From assembly GCA_024346625.1 (NCBI GenBank), contig AP024664.1:4216001-4280000 (forward strand): a stretch of DNA of 64,000 nt, written 5' to 3'. Origin of the DNA: Williopsis jadinii. Lineage: Eukaryota. A model generated the notes under the pieces. It worked only from the letters and a program-made list of their open reading frames with translations, was not told where the DNA came from and made no database searches. The translations under genes and the position numbers were made by a program. Shown here piece by piece: positions 32,427-43,179 of this stretch (position 1 is its first letter; every line of letters begins with the position of its first letter).

Positions 32427-35400
32427 TCATGTCCTCCTAGGGTGTATAAAAAAACACTTACTACCATACGGACACCAGTTGTTATATTTGATACAAGTCC
32501 TCGTGTACTTCGAGCAATCAAAAGGCGAAGTTAGACGAACATGCGAACGAACATCGTGGCATCTCAGTTCGTATTTCTCAGGTGAAATACAACGTTGTCT
32601 CTCTTCTTGAGAAAGTCCCTGGGGATATGCAGCACATTCCAAGCCATCAACATAGGCGATATCTTCACCATCGTGAGGTGAAAGTGAAGACGAAGACGAA
32701 GACGAGAACCACGGATGTGAATGCAACGATTTCCGCGGTGGATCAATACGATATTCATGAGTACGGTATCGTGACCTTGACTGTGGATGTGGCGGTGGCA
32801 GTTCACCGGATCTAGAATGTGCAGCAGTGAATATTCCCGTGTTGACAAAGGAATGCTTGTTGATCGTATTTTCTAAGTCCAACGCAGCACTTTGTCTATT
32901 TGATGCACTGAACAGATCATCCGGATCATATCCATCGTCCACTTCATCTTCGCGTTCTCTGTAGTCATCCTTCTTTGCCTCACCGGTTGGAGCAACTGTA
33001 GTCTTTTCGAGATGTTCAATGCTCACGCTAGGTTTGTCCTTCACCAAAGCATCAGAAGTTTTATTGCTTGTGTCAGCATCGGTATCATCATGACTTTTCA
33101 GGTGTGAATCCACTAAAGAGTCCTCATCGGTATTGTTACGACTCTGCAGGTGTGAATTCACTAGAGAGTCGCCATCCGCAAGGATAGACATAAGCTCATC
33201 ATCTGATTCATTTTCCTCGTTTCTTTCTAAGGTCTGTGTTTGGTGAGCTGATGTATTGGATGGCTTGATTATTCCAGTAGAAGAGGAGTGTCCCTGTTTC
33301 TGCACTTTCCAAGGTCTCTCTAAAGTCCCTGATCTCTTTACAGGTGGTGATTCTGATTTTTCCAATTGAGGCATAACCACATCCTCAGAGTGTTGTGCAA
33401 CTGGAACAGAGACAGATTGTCCCATGTCTGGTGAATAAGACTCTTTGTCGTCAATAGCAGCGTTATTCTTGTGATTGAAGTATTTCACTGCAGTGATTAG
33501 TTTCTCATTTTGTTCAAATGGGGAAAATCTGCTTTCATATGAATTTGGTCTCGCTACAGAATCAGTATCATCAGTTAACAGCAGAGGTTTGGTGCCACCT
33601 CTAACAACAGAGACGGTCTGTCTTTCAAAATCGTTAGTTTCGTCAAAGTTGATACGGCGAGGGGTTCTCCATTCAACGTCACTTTCGACGCATTGAATTC
33701 CGTTCATATTTTTTAATATCTGGCCTTCAGAATGTTCCATATCCTTCACCATCGATGAACCACGTGTGCTGTGAGAAGTCTCCAAATCCATAGGTATCTC
33801 CTTGATCTGTACCAGTTCATCATCATCTTTAAATGTCACACGGGTCTTCGACCTTGGTTTTGTACTGGAAGCTTTCTTGAGAATGGATCTCAAACCGTTA
33901 TCATTTGAAGAGGAAAGATTAACAGGGTTAGCAGTGGATGATACATCTCTAGTTTGCTCTTCTTCTATTGGAGTAGAAGATGAAACAGTAGTTTCAGCAC
34001 TTGGTGAAATCCTCTTCTTCTGCTGTCCAGTCAAATATGATACTATGGAGAATTTCAATGGGGTATTCTTTTGCGGTGCAGGTACAAGATTTGTTGGAGA
34101 AGAAGATGTTTTTGGTACGGAAGGACTTGGCTTCGATATGTTAGCAACAGCCACAGTAGAGGGAGTGGAGCTATTAGTAGAAGGTTCATTTGTAGATTTG
34201 TCCTCCAGACCCCGTTGCTTGTTAAGCTCTTTCTCTCTCTTCTGGGATGCAACAATCAAGTTTTGAATACTAGTCTTCCACTCCGGACATCTCTTCATCA
34301 TTGTCTTCAACACGTCCATCAACTTAGTAAGCACGAGTTGCTCGGTGATCATATCCAAAGAGGACAAGAATCTTAGATAGAGTGAATTGTTCGTAGTGGT
34401 CTTATTTCTCAAATCAAATCTGATCCAATTACCAAGTCTTTTCATTGAATTCATCTCCAATCCAATTGCACTCATGGCTTCTTTCTTATTTCGGAAGCAA
34501 TCGAGTACACTCTCCAAAATAGTGGTACGAAGATCGAAATCAGTGCCGTAATGGTCCTTGTTAACTCTTGACATCAACAAAGACACCACTTTAGAAATCT
34601 CTTTTGGACTTTTCTTTTCTTGTTGATGGATAATGCCAGAAACGAATCTCTTTGCCTGATCAAAGGTTATCAACTTTTCTTCGATAGACATCAACATGTC
34701 ATCTCTCTCATTATCCGAATAGAAGCGATGCTTTCCCACTGGTGTAGGTAAGTTTTGTATCAATTTCTTTGCCCCTTTCTCAACTGCTTCGTGGCCTTTC
34801 AACACACGAATCTTATCAAGGTAAGCATTCAGTGCTGGGGTCAGTTGCGAATAACCTGACACCGCTTTCAACTCCTTGGGGTTTGGTTTTCTCTTTGCAG
34901 ACGACTCAACACTTGGAGATCTTGGCCTCTTTAAGGTACTTGCCTGTTCTTTCTTTTCCCTTTGGAGAGTAATAGCAGCAGCAGTATTATTGGCAGTGAC
35001 AGTATTAACAGCAGGGGCAATAACAGCAGGGGCTTTCAGCTTACCATCTGAACCGGAAACTTTTCGCTTCAAAGGTTCAATAGCATCTGCTCCAGTAAAG
35101 GAAGTTGGAGGATTTGTAGGTGACGAGTTGGACGCTGCAATTGACGTTGCAACTTCAACAGGGATAGTCATCATACCTGATCCTCTCTCCTTTGAAGCTT
35201 TAGCCGCAAGAGTACTTTCGGCCCTGGACTTTGGCTCAGTTCCAGCTGATTCACGTAGAACAGTGTTCTTGCCTTTTACCTCCACATTCACATTCAGGTT
35301 CCCATTCTCTTGGGCACCTTGGCGTCCAACACATGGAAGAATGGAGCTAAACGACTCCTTGAAACCATCACCACATCTCTCTGTTATGATGCCAATGCTC

Positions 35401-35729
35401 TGTGGATGACGACGAATCTCATTCAACAAGCCCAGCACACAGTTATCACGCTTTGCTAGCATCTGTGCGTGGACTGCGTGCAACTGGGTATATCCAGGGT
35501 CACCATAACGATACTGTGAGAGCTGCTTGGAAGCCATCGATACGAGCTCAGATATCTCACAGTATAAGTTCAACATCTCCTCCAAATTCATCCCATTGTA
35601 GTTTGACAATGTTTCGAAAGCGTGTGTCGCCGTGGGAACTGCCCGTGGCACCGATTCATCACCTCCATTCATCACCATCGGGTCTGTTGAAATCATGGAG
35701 TACAAACGGTCCTGTGACCTGTGCAACAT
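32427..35729 (-). CDS. REF2: Ref2/PNUTS-like PP1 (Glc7) regulatory subunit with C-terminal CCCH zinc finger
   Basis: SILK motif (RSILKK) followed by RVxF (TRVTFKDDDELVQIKEI); terminal CIKYNNWCPYGSKCFFIH. Convergent with CAB5 as REF2 is. Start codon uncertain. Confidence 0.65.
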   Translation of the reverse strand: MLHRSQDRLYSMISTDPMVMNGGDESVPRAVPTATHAFETLSNYNGMNLEEMLNLYCEISELVSMASKQLSQYRYGDPGYTQLHAVHAQMLAKRDNCVLGLLNEIRRHPQSIGIITERCGDGFKESFSSILPCVGRQGAQENGNLNVNVEVKGKNTVLRESAGTEPKSRAESTLAAKASKERGSGMMTIPVEVATSIAASNSSPTNPPTSFTGADAIEPLKRKVSGSDGKLKAPAVIAPAVNTVTANNTAAAITLQREKKEQASTLKRPRSPSVESSAKRKPNPKELKAVSGYSQLTPALNAYLDKIRVLKGHEAVEKGAKKLIQNLPTPVGKHRFYSDNERDDMLMSIEEKLITFDQAKRFVSGIIHQQEKKSPKEISKVVSLLMSRVNKDHYGTDFDLRTTILESVLDCFRNKKEAMSAIGLEMNSMKRLGNWIRFDLRNKTTTNNSLYLRFLSSLDMITEQLVLTKLMDVLKTMMKRCPEWKTSIQNLIVASQKREKELNKQRGLEDKSTNEPSTNSSTPSTVAVANISKPSPSVPKTSSSPTNLVPAPQKNTPLKFSIVSYLTGQQKKRISPSAETTVSSSTPIEEEQTRDVSSTANPVNLSSSNDNGLRSILKKASSTKPRSKTRVTFKDDDELVQIKEIPMDLETSHSTRGSSMVKDMEHSEGQILKNMNGIQCVESDVEWRTPRRINFDETNDFERQTVSVVRGGTKPLLLTDDTDSVARPNSYESRFSPFEQNEKLITAVKYFNHKNNAAIDDKESYSPDMGQSVSVPVAQHSEDVVMPQLEKSESPPVKRSGTLERPWKVQKQGHSSSTGIIKPSNTSAHQTQTLERNEENESDDELMSILADGDSLVNSHLQSRNNTDEDSLVDSHLKSHDDTDADTSNKTSDALVKDKPSVSIEHLEKTTVAPTGEAKKDDYREREDEVDDGYDPDDLFSASNRQSAALDLENTINKHSFVNTGIFTAAHSRSGELPPPHPQSRSRYRTHEYRIDPPRKSLHSHPWFSSSSSSSLSPHDGEDIAYVDGLECAAYPQGLSQEERQRCISPEKYELRCHDVRSHVRLTSPFDCSKYTRTCIKYNNWCPYGSKCFFIHPRRT

Positions 35730-35949
35730 GACCAAAGTTCGTCAGATACAAGGATAAAATCTACGTCGATGTATCGTTCTCGTTGCTTTGGAAAGGCGCG
35801 CGCTTTTAAACAAAATCGGAAAATACGCCCCAGCGGTGACTTGTTTCCACTCTAAGGGGTGAACTAGGTATATATAAAAAGTGGTGATAATAAAACAAGA
35901 CAGCTTTTACAGGATGGGTAAACAAACACGAGGACCTCACAAGTATCCA

Positions 35950-36690
35950 ACGGGAAAGTTCTCTCTGTCTCTGTCTGTGTTGCGGTAAACAAGGAGCAAA
36001 AGCAAAAATGGAATGGATTTGTATGTCACTTCCTTCTTCCTCCGTCGTCTTCTCCTACGTTGTTGTTGTTGTTGTTGATGTTTTTGTTTTGTCAAGTGGG
36101 CAAGAAAGACAAAATTTAACTCGTCCTTTTTGTGATCCTTTTTTGAGTGTCTGTACCAGCGCGGCATTAACCGGTGGCCATCAGAGAGTGTATGTGGCGC
36201 GTACCATATTGTGAAGCTGGTGTTCGGATGTGGATTTGTCCAACCGCAGTATATGTTGTATATCGATTGGTGTTGCAAGTACTATACACCATTTATAACA
36301 TTAATGGTGGCTAACTCGTGAGCCATGATGTCATGGAGAGTTGGCGATGTCTAACTCACCATTGCTGACTCAGATACAGAGTTTTGATGCGTGATGATTA
36401 CGTGTTTGAGAAGATAGTACTAGGCCCATACACCATCAGCTCGACTTCGTATATGGAGCTAGGGTCGTCTCTAAACTCCCTTTATATACTAATAAACGGG
36501 TTGATCTGTAGTGCCTCGATACTGTAAACGCGATTGGGGTCTTCGTGATCAGTTTGTATCCTACTAAATAGATCAGGGAGTTACCACTTCGTTACCACAT
36601 CACCATAACATGTTTGGGTTCGAATCCTGTACCAAACGAATCAGTTCTCTAGACCGTAAATGTGGAGAGAAAATATACTACAATGCTCAC
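35950..36690 (+). ncRNA. Candidate structured non-coding RNA, unidentified
   Basis: TATATAAA at ~35871, GTATGT at 36021, many nested stems (e.g. AACTCCC 36474-36480 / GGGAGTT 36576-36582 enclosing TGATCT/AGATCA and GATAC/GTATC), no credible ORF. Boundaries approximate. Confidence 0.35.
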
Positions 36691-36857
36691 TTTCCGTCAA
36701 CAAAACTCGTTCATTCTGTTTTTAAATATATACTTCTCTCTTTTGTTGCTTCTTTCTTCGTTCCTCATTCCTCTTTGTTTTATTTTGCTTTGTTTTTCTT
36801 TTCAACTTTGCAAAACTTTTGTGGGTTCGTTTATGTATTCGATGAGAAGGAAAACAC

Positions 36858-39143
36858 TCAAGCAATTCTCCATGTCTTGAGCCAGTTCAAGTACTCGTAA
36901 TCTCTGGATGGACCTTCAAGACCAAACGAAATGTGTCTAAAGTACCAGAAAGTTCCAATGACAGCAATATACCAAACGATGTAAATGGACCAATAGATTA
37001 TAGTCTTCTTTGTGGTTTTACCTTCACGTAATGGTCTTGTAAAGTGTTCGAGGAGGAACACAAGGACAATCATAGCAAAGTACAAAGCTGGCAGGTAATG
37101 ATGGACATATGTGACTCTACCCATGATGATGAAAGGACAGAAGTGTAGTCCCCAGCCAAACATTGGATAGATACCACCCATGAGGAATGTGTTGAGCTTT
37201 TCAGAGTTTGGTTCGAAGTCACGCTGCTGTCTTTGCCATCTCAACAAGTAGTACACCACCAAGAGTGCAAAAACGATAACACCAACGGAAGACGTCCAGG
37301 TAGTTGCTGGGGAACCAAGGAGGAAATACTTTACAGTGTCATCACCCCAGCCACAGAGTCTAATACCAACGTTAAGGGTTGGCCATTGCCATGCCTGTGA
37401 AGCCAACATATCTTCTTTGTCCTCATCTGGAACCAAGGCGTTGTTTGTGGCCATCATGGCCAAGTTCAGCTGGACAAAATCCTTAATGAAATTTGTCTTT
37501 GGCAATTTGAAATCTGGACCAGGTTCTGGCAAGTTAGGATTACGGTGCTCTTCAATGTTCCACCAGGTACGTTTATCACGAGCGAACGGATTTCTGGCAC
37601 AGACAATTTCACTCTGATGGAAACCCCAAGCTGGATAGGAGCTACCTGATTGCATCAAATAGCATCCCAACAATTGGTGTCTCAATCTAAACGAGGTCGT
37701 CAATGGGTGGACTCTCAACTTATCCTCGGAACCGTACTGGTGCATAATTTCAATAACCCAGTTATCCTTTGGATCACCAATGTTGGCATCACCATAACAA
37801 GAAACTTCGTATTCGCTTTTACTCACTGGTGCGGCAACTTCGTGCGAATGCAAGTTACGACCAGTAGAGACGTGCATCAATCTAATTGGCATTTGATCAA
37901 TGACGTACTCCATAATATCAGTAGTTTCGTTCCATGCATCTCTACCTCTTGGACGTTGGAAGTACCATTGGTTATTGCTATCCTTGTGGCCATAGGCAGT
38001 GACTTGTTGTTGCTTAGAGCCCTCTGGATAAACTTGGACGTGCGAATGAAGCAATGAGCCGCCTAATCCCTGGTTCTTTATAGTAACGTAGGAGTTACCC
38101 ATTGCAACATCTCTTGGGCCACCACCGACGCTTGAACCTGCCAAGTTCGCTTGGAACAACGAGGACATCTTAGCATCACCTGTACCTGAACCACTCAGCA
38201 ATTCGAAATGGATCTTAAAAGAGAGCATAAAGATCAAAGTTGGCACCACGATGAATGCTAAGATTCTTGCACCCCAATGTGCCGCGTATTTCTTGTTGCT
38301 GATTGACTTATCAGCCATCATGTTCCACAAGTCGACAACGGTGTAGATACCAACCAAAGATGTGACAAACAGTCCAACCATCTTCACAGAGCAGACACAA
38401 CCGATAGAGATACCTGTCAGCAAGATCCATTTCCACCATTTACGTCCGAATGGCGCTTTTCTCTCGTTGTGGAATCTCACAAAGCAAAACATCGTGGCCA
38501 CGGTGAAGAACATCAGCATAGAGTCCAGCAAAATGAATTTACCCAATGTCACATAAGAAGTGTCAAAGATCACCATCAGGGTGAATAGCCACACCGCTGG
38601 CGTGTTGAAACCGATACCTCTAGCGGTATAATACGCCAGTGGAACACAGAGCACACTGAACATCGCATTGAACAGTCTCATCTTGACAAAGTCGATATAC
38701 TCCGGATACGCCTGTCCAGATGGGAAGTCCCAGGACCCGTTGTAGCCCGCAATGTAACCGGACAATCCGACCAGCATCTTACCCAGTGGAGGGTGCACGT
38801 CGTGGTAGAACTCATGGCGCAAGTAGTAAGACCCAAACTTACCAAAATGCGCCTCATCCCACACAACGTTCTTATTGGCCCCAATCTTGTAGCAACGCGT
38901 GATGAACCCAAGGATGGTGAACAAGATCGGCATCACAATCGCCTCAGCTTTGGCCAACGACGACTTGAGCTCGTCAACCTCGGCGGCAAGCTGTTTCTTC
39001 GAATCAACAACATCCTCACCCGCCGGCTCAGCGGTGGCCTCACGGGACGGAATCGTCTCATCGCCATCCCTTGCTGCTGGCGTCTTATTACGGAGACGAG
39101 AGGAGATGCCCTCGTCTCTGACTTTTGCACCAGAAGACGACAT
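36858..39143 (-). CDS. PMT2: Protein O-mannosyltransferase, PMT2 subfamily
   Basis: [28 protein letters not shown] domains (LLHSH, NLHSH), [18 protein letters not shown] at 39143. Confidence 0.95.
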   Translation of the reverse strand: MSSSGAKVRDEGISSRLRNKTPAARDGDETIPSREATAEPAGEDVVDSKKQLAAEVDELKSSLAKAEAIVMPILFTILGFITRCYKIGANKNVVWDEAHFGKFGSYYLRHEFYHDVHPPLGKMLVGLSGYIAGYNGSWDFPSGQAYPEYIDFVKMRLFNAMFSVLCVPLAYYTARGIGFNTPAVWLFTLMVIFDTSYVTLGKFILLDSMLMFFTVATMFCFVRFHNERKAPFGRKWWKWILLTGISIGCVCSVKMVGLFVTSLVGIYTVVDLWNMMADKSISNKKYAAHWGARILAFIVVPTLIFMLSFKIHFELLSGSGTGDAKMSSLFQANLAGSSVGGGPRDVAMGNSYVTIKNQGLGGSLLHSHVQVYPEGSKQQQVTAYGHKDSNNQWYFQRPRGRDAWNETTDIMEYVIDQMPIRLMHVSTGRNLHSHEVAAPVSKSEYEVSCYGDANIGDPKDNWVIEIMHQYGSEDKLRVHPLTTSFRLRHQLLGCYLMQSGSSYPAWGFHQSEIVCARNPFARDKRTWWNIEEHRNPNLPEPGPDFKLPKTNFIKDFVQLNLAMMATNNALVPDEDKEDMLASQAWQWPTLNVGIRLCGWGDDTVKYFLLGSPATTWTSSVGVIVFALLVVYYLLRWQRQQRDFEPNSEKLNTFLMGGIYPMFGWGLHFCPFIIMGRVTYVHHYLPALYFAMIVLVFLLEHFTRPLREGKTTKKTIIYWSIYIVWYIAVIGTFWYFRHISFGLEGPSRDYEYLNWLKTWRIA

Positions 39144-39682
39144 TTGTAAACAAGCTTTTGTGTCTCGTTGAGGGAAAGCAAATGAAGGTACAAAAGCGAA
39201 GTTTGAACACGTACACAAAAGTTGGTGGGAGGATTTTTCTTTGTTTGGCGTTGGAAGAAAACGTCGGGGCTTCAAACCTTTTTTTGGAAGGAAAGAAACA
39301 CGCAAACACGCGTCCGTTTCTGAAAGCGGTAATTAGCGCGGATTACGTAAGGTATTATGTAATGGCTGCTTTGATGATGGTTTGCAGGGGCTGTGGTGTA
39401 CGGATGTTTTCTTTGTTTGCCTGCGTCTCTCTCCCCTCGTTTCCATGGCAACCAAAAGAAACAGATGCACATGGCACCGTGCAAGCGTATACGACTCCAG
39501 TGATCACAGCTACACCGTTCTCTCAGTGCCCATCAAGTAAGGTATATGGTGCTCTCTGGAGCCCATATCTGCTACTGAGCTCTGCTAAACCTCGTGGGTT
39601 CCATTAAACACCGTGTATTTCAAATCACTAACAAAACAATCACAGTCATCCTGATATATATTCATTCCAGGCGTGCTCTCTT

Positions 39683-41599
39683 CTACTCGACAAACTGCTC
39701 TGTTGGCTTGTCGTTCCACATTGGGTTCTTGATGGCCATCTTGTGCTTCACGTACAGTGGCTCCTGTCTCTGAACATTCTTTCTTCTGAGAACGTGCACT
39801 TTGAACTGGTCAATGATCTCCCTGTGCTGGTAACGGGCGTGCTCCATCAAGGGCACATCAAACACCTCGTCAAGCTCCTCCAAGGTGAGTGCCTTTGTCT
39901 CTGGTAAGAAGTACAACACGAGGAAAAACCCGACAAAGTTCCAGCCAGCGTACCAACCAAAGGCTCCCTGTGGATGGAACGCATCTAGCATGGACGGCCA
40001 GGTGATGGCCAGCACAAAGTTCCAGAACCACAAGTTTCCGATGGCCAATGACGTTCCCAGAGTACGGACGTAGAGTGGGAAGCACTCCGCAGTGTAAGGG
40101 AAGGTAACGACACCGGATCCAAACGAGTAGAAGACGGTAAACAGGTAGATACCGAGACAAATAGACCCGATACGACCTTCTCTTTGGTCCTCAGGAATCC
40201 AGAATGAAAAGCCAGCGAGGAAAAGGAAAGCACCCATGAGAGGGAAGGTCAGCAACAACAGGAATCTTCTTCCAAAACGGTCAATTGTGAAGAAGGCAGG
40301 GAGCGCACAGACTGTGTTCAAGGCACCAAACCCCAAGGAGGCACCAAGGGCGTTGATCTCTGCAAAATCAGCTTGAACAAAGATGGAGGACGAATAGTAT
40401 GCAATGACGTTGATTCCACAGAACTGCTGCATGAATGTAACAATGAATGCAGCGAGAGAAGCATTGCGATTTCTTCTCACCGTGAATAGTTCTTTCAAAC
40501 GTTGTGAGGTTGGCATGTCCATACCCTCCTCCTCTTGCAACAACACGTACTGGTAAAACAAATCTCTTGCTGCGGTAATATCATGTTTTCTAATAGAACG
40601 CAGAGATTCCCAGGCATCTTTGTAGCGGCCTTTACCCATTAGCCAACGTGGTGATTCAGGACAGAATGGGATTTGGGCCAACGCAAAGAACGCAGGTAAC
40701 ATTGCAGAGCCCAGCATGAGACGCCAGTTCAGGCCACCACCGACACCGTGGTCTGGAACGTAGTAGAAAGCAAGACAGAAGACATAGCCCAATGCGATCC
40801 CCATCGCAGTGAAGAACTGCCAAAGCATGGTGAGTGCACCACGAATAGCAGCAGGTGCAGCTTCCGATGAGTACACAGGAACAGTTGCTGATTTGGGACC
40901 AAGACCGAAGGCTCCTAAAACTGCTCTTGCTATGAACAGATGCCACCAGTGGCTATCGACAAAGCCTTGCCAGAAGCACGTAACACAAGATACAACACAT
41001 GACCAGAAAATAACCCATTTACGACCAAACTTCTTGTTCAGAGGATCAGTGATAAAAGTGGAAACCACCGCACAAAACAGATATGGGGCACCATTGACCA
41101 AGCCTTCCAGCCAACGGGATCTCTCGTCTCCGTTCCCGATGCCCATGTATGCAGGGTAAAACAGAATAGCACCGTTGATGACAGATTCGTCAGCACCTTG
41201 GGTTGCTGCGCAGAGCGACACGGAAAGCACAATCTGCCATAACTTTGGAGGGATGTCCCATGGATGTGAGGTTTCTCTGAACAATGCCTCTTTCTCTTCG
41301 TGTGATAGGAATGCCAGCTTGTTGAAGGAGTTTGGTGCACGAGCCACTGCTGCACCTCTTGCAAACAACTCAGGGTCTAGATCGTGCTTTTTCGCAAAGT
41401 TACGGCCCATATTCATAACCTGTTCTTGAGAGTACTGACTGAGGATGTTGTTGCCGTCATTCTCATCTCCGGTGGAGCTCGCCATCTCAGTGTCTTCTTG
41501 GAAGAGAGCACCACCTGAGAGTGGCAGCTTCTCCTTGTTAGCAGAACCTGCTGATGCGGTTCCACTGCTTTGCAATGATTCACGGTCACTTATTGCCAT
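39683..41599 (-). CDS. MFS sugar-porter family transporter (inositol/polyol-type)
   Basis: QGADESVING, FGRK, PESPRWL, QQFCGINVIAYYS, IDRFGRR, PETK motifs; about 12 hydrophobic segments. Confidence 0.92.
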   Translation of the reverse strand: MAISDRESLQSSGTASAGSANKEKLPLSGGALFQEDTEMASSTGDENDGNNILSQYSQEQVMNMGRNFAKKHDLDPELFARGAAVARAPNSFNKLAFLSHEEKEALFRETSHPWDIPPKLWQIVLSVSLCAATQGADESVINGAILFYPAYMGIGNGDERSRWLEGLVNGAPYLFCAVVSTFITDPLNKKFGRKWVIFWSCVVSCVTCFWQGFVDSHWWHLFIARAVLGAFGLGPKSATVPVYSSEAAPAAIRGALTMLWQFFTAMGIALGYVFCLAFYYVPDHGVGGGLNWRLMLGSAMLPAFFALAQIPFCPESPRWLMGKGRYKDAWESLRSIRKHDITAARDLFYQYVLLQEEEGMDMPTSQRLKELFTVRRNRNASLAAFIVTFMQQFCGINVIAYYSSSIFVQADFAEINALGASLGFGALNTVCALPAFFTIDRFGRRFLLLLTFPLMGAFLFLAGFSFWIPEDQREGRIGSICLGIYLFTVFYSFGSGVVTFPYTAECFPLYVRTLGTSLAIGNLWFWNFVLAITWPSMLDAFHPQGAFGWYAGWNFVGFFLVLYFLPETKALTLEELDEVFDVPLMEHARYQHREIIDQFKVHVLRRKNVQRQEPLYVKHKMAIKNPMWNDKPTEQFVE

Positions 41600-42380
41600 T
41601 TCTTAGTGCAAGTAAAATCTGTAATTACACAATCAAGAAGAGAACAATGGAATGGTGACTTCTAAGGGTGGGTATCCGGCTCGCTATATATACAGTCGTT
41701 TCCATTCTGCATCCTGTGAAAGAGCAACGATTGTTGGGTGTACGTGACGGTCATACGTCTAAGAGAGAACTGCATTGATTGACGGTCGTACTACAGATGG
41801 AAGAAAAACTCTTAAGGCTTTGGACATTTTGCGTGCTTGGGCGCCTTTCCAGCCATGCACTTCGCTATTTGCATGACGTATTGACACCGTTGCTCACCTC
41901 AGCACATACACCAAGGCAGGCCAGTTCTCGACACCTGGGAAGTTTCAAACGGCAGACACTGGCGATTTGTTCTCATTGGAATTTGGGATGCAAATCTCAA
42001 GTGTTGCTGCATATGCAGGATGCCAGACACTGGGGATCTTCCGGTTGGTAGTAACATATGAATACTCGCTTAGAGCTCTTGAGTGGCACCACAGGCCGAT
42101 ATTCCCATCGATCATGAGCATTAAAAGGATGGCTTATTAACAAGAGGAAGCTATAAGGCCCCCAGCAACAGGAAAGCGAACGGAAGGGACAAGACGTATA
42201 TAAGAACAATGCGTAGCAACGGAAAAATCCGAAGAAAAAGCCTAAGAAAAAAAAGGCACCAACACGGAGTCGGATAATTTTCCGCCTTTGAGCGGTGGAG
42301 GCAAGCGCTACTTGCTGTGCAATGACGTCATATGTAGCAAACCTGGGGAAAGGACCACAACTGTTGCGCAAAAAAGTGCC

Positions 42381-42444
42381 CTTTCGTAAGCTTTCGTAGG
42401 CTTTCGTAGACTTTCGTAGACTTTCGTAGACTTTCGTAGACTTT
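42381..42444. repeat. 10-bp tandem array CTTTCGTAGA x6
   Basis: ctttcgtaag, ctttcgtagg, then four perfect ctttcgtaga copies. Confidence 0.95.
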
Positions 42445-42984
42445 TGCGCCAAATGTGAAACTGCTGTTGGGCACGAAAAGGCACGGCAAAATGACAGCAA
42501 AACTGATTTTGTCGCAGGAAAAGTGTCCGATTTGGGCAATTCAAGCCTAAGAACTAAAGCCCTTCCCACAGGGAAAGTTTTACGAAGCAAACAACGGACA
42601 TTCGACAAGCACCGTATCTCGCTCGTATTGTCTACCATCGTATCCGGAAGGGACCAGACGTTCTCCTCATCATGAGCCAGTGTTGATCATCCGCTCACCA
42701 CTCGTCGTTCACGCAGCTGGAAGGCGTGTGTCTTTACCACTTTGCTGTGATATTCGACCTTCGGGCTGGATTTCCGGACTTCCCAGTGAATCATAGCAAC
42801 TGTGATTTACTGTAACACCTTGAGGTGATCATACCCTCTTTGGGATGTGAAAACAACACGGAGTATGAATTCTCAAGATTGAAGTGTTTGCTCTACAATG
42901 GTTTAAAAAGCACTCCTTGAGCCGTTGTATTTGTTCTTTATAAAGTTCCTGGAGCTTCACCTCTTCTCTTATATTTCTGAATTA

Positions 42985-43134
42985 TATTGTTATTGAGATT
43001 ATTGTTATTGAGATTATTGTTATTAAGATTATTGTTATCAAGGTTATTGTTATTAAGATTATTGTCATCAAGACTATTGTTATCAAGACTACTGTTATCA
43101 AGACTACTGTTATCAACACTATTGTTATCAACAC
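42985..43134. repeat. 15-bp tandem array, 10 copies (TATTGTTATTGAGAT drifting to TATTGTTATCAACAC)
   Basis: Direct reading; units diverge progressively along the array. Confidence 0.95.
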
Positions 43135-43179
43135 TATTCTTGTTGTCTCTATCATATCAACTACTCTCTACTAACCACA

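Noticed and set aside
36238..36256. Short resemblance to the snR30 3' region (CCGCAGTATAT)
   Set aside because: The essential m1 (ATATTCCTA) and m2 (AAACCAT) motifs are absent.
36008..36570. Small spliced protein gene starting ATGGAATGGATTT|GTATGT
   Set aside because: No exact TACTAAC; the plausible acceptors I tried give peptides of at most about 22 aa.
36560..36645. tRNA gene suggested by GGTTCGAATCC
   Set aside because: No acceptor, D or anticodon stems can be built and the T-stem is weak. Kept only as a B-box-like motif.
42381..43134. Tandem arrays beside a Cas12-related nuclease relic read as a CRISPR array
   Set aside because: Units are directly adjacent 10- and 15-mers with no unique spacers, and the host is a eukaryote.
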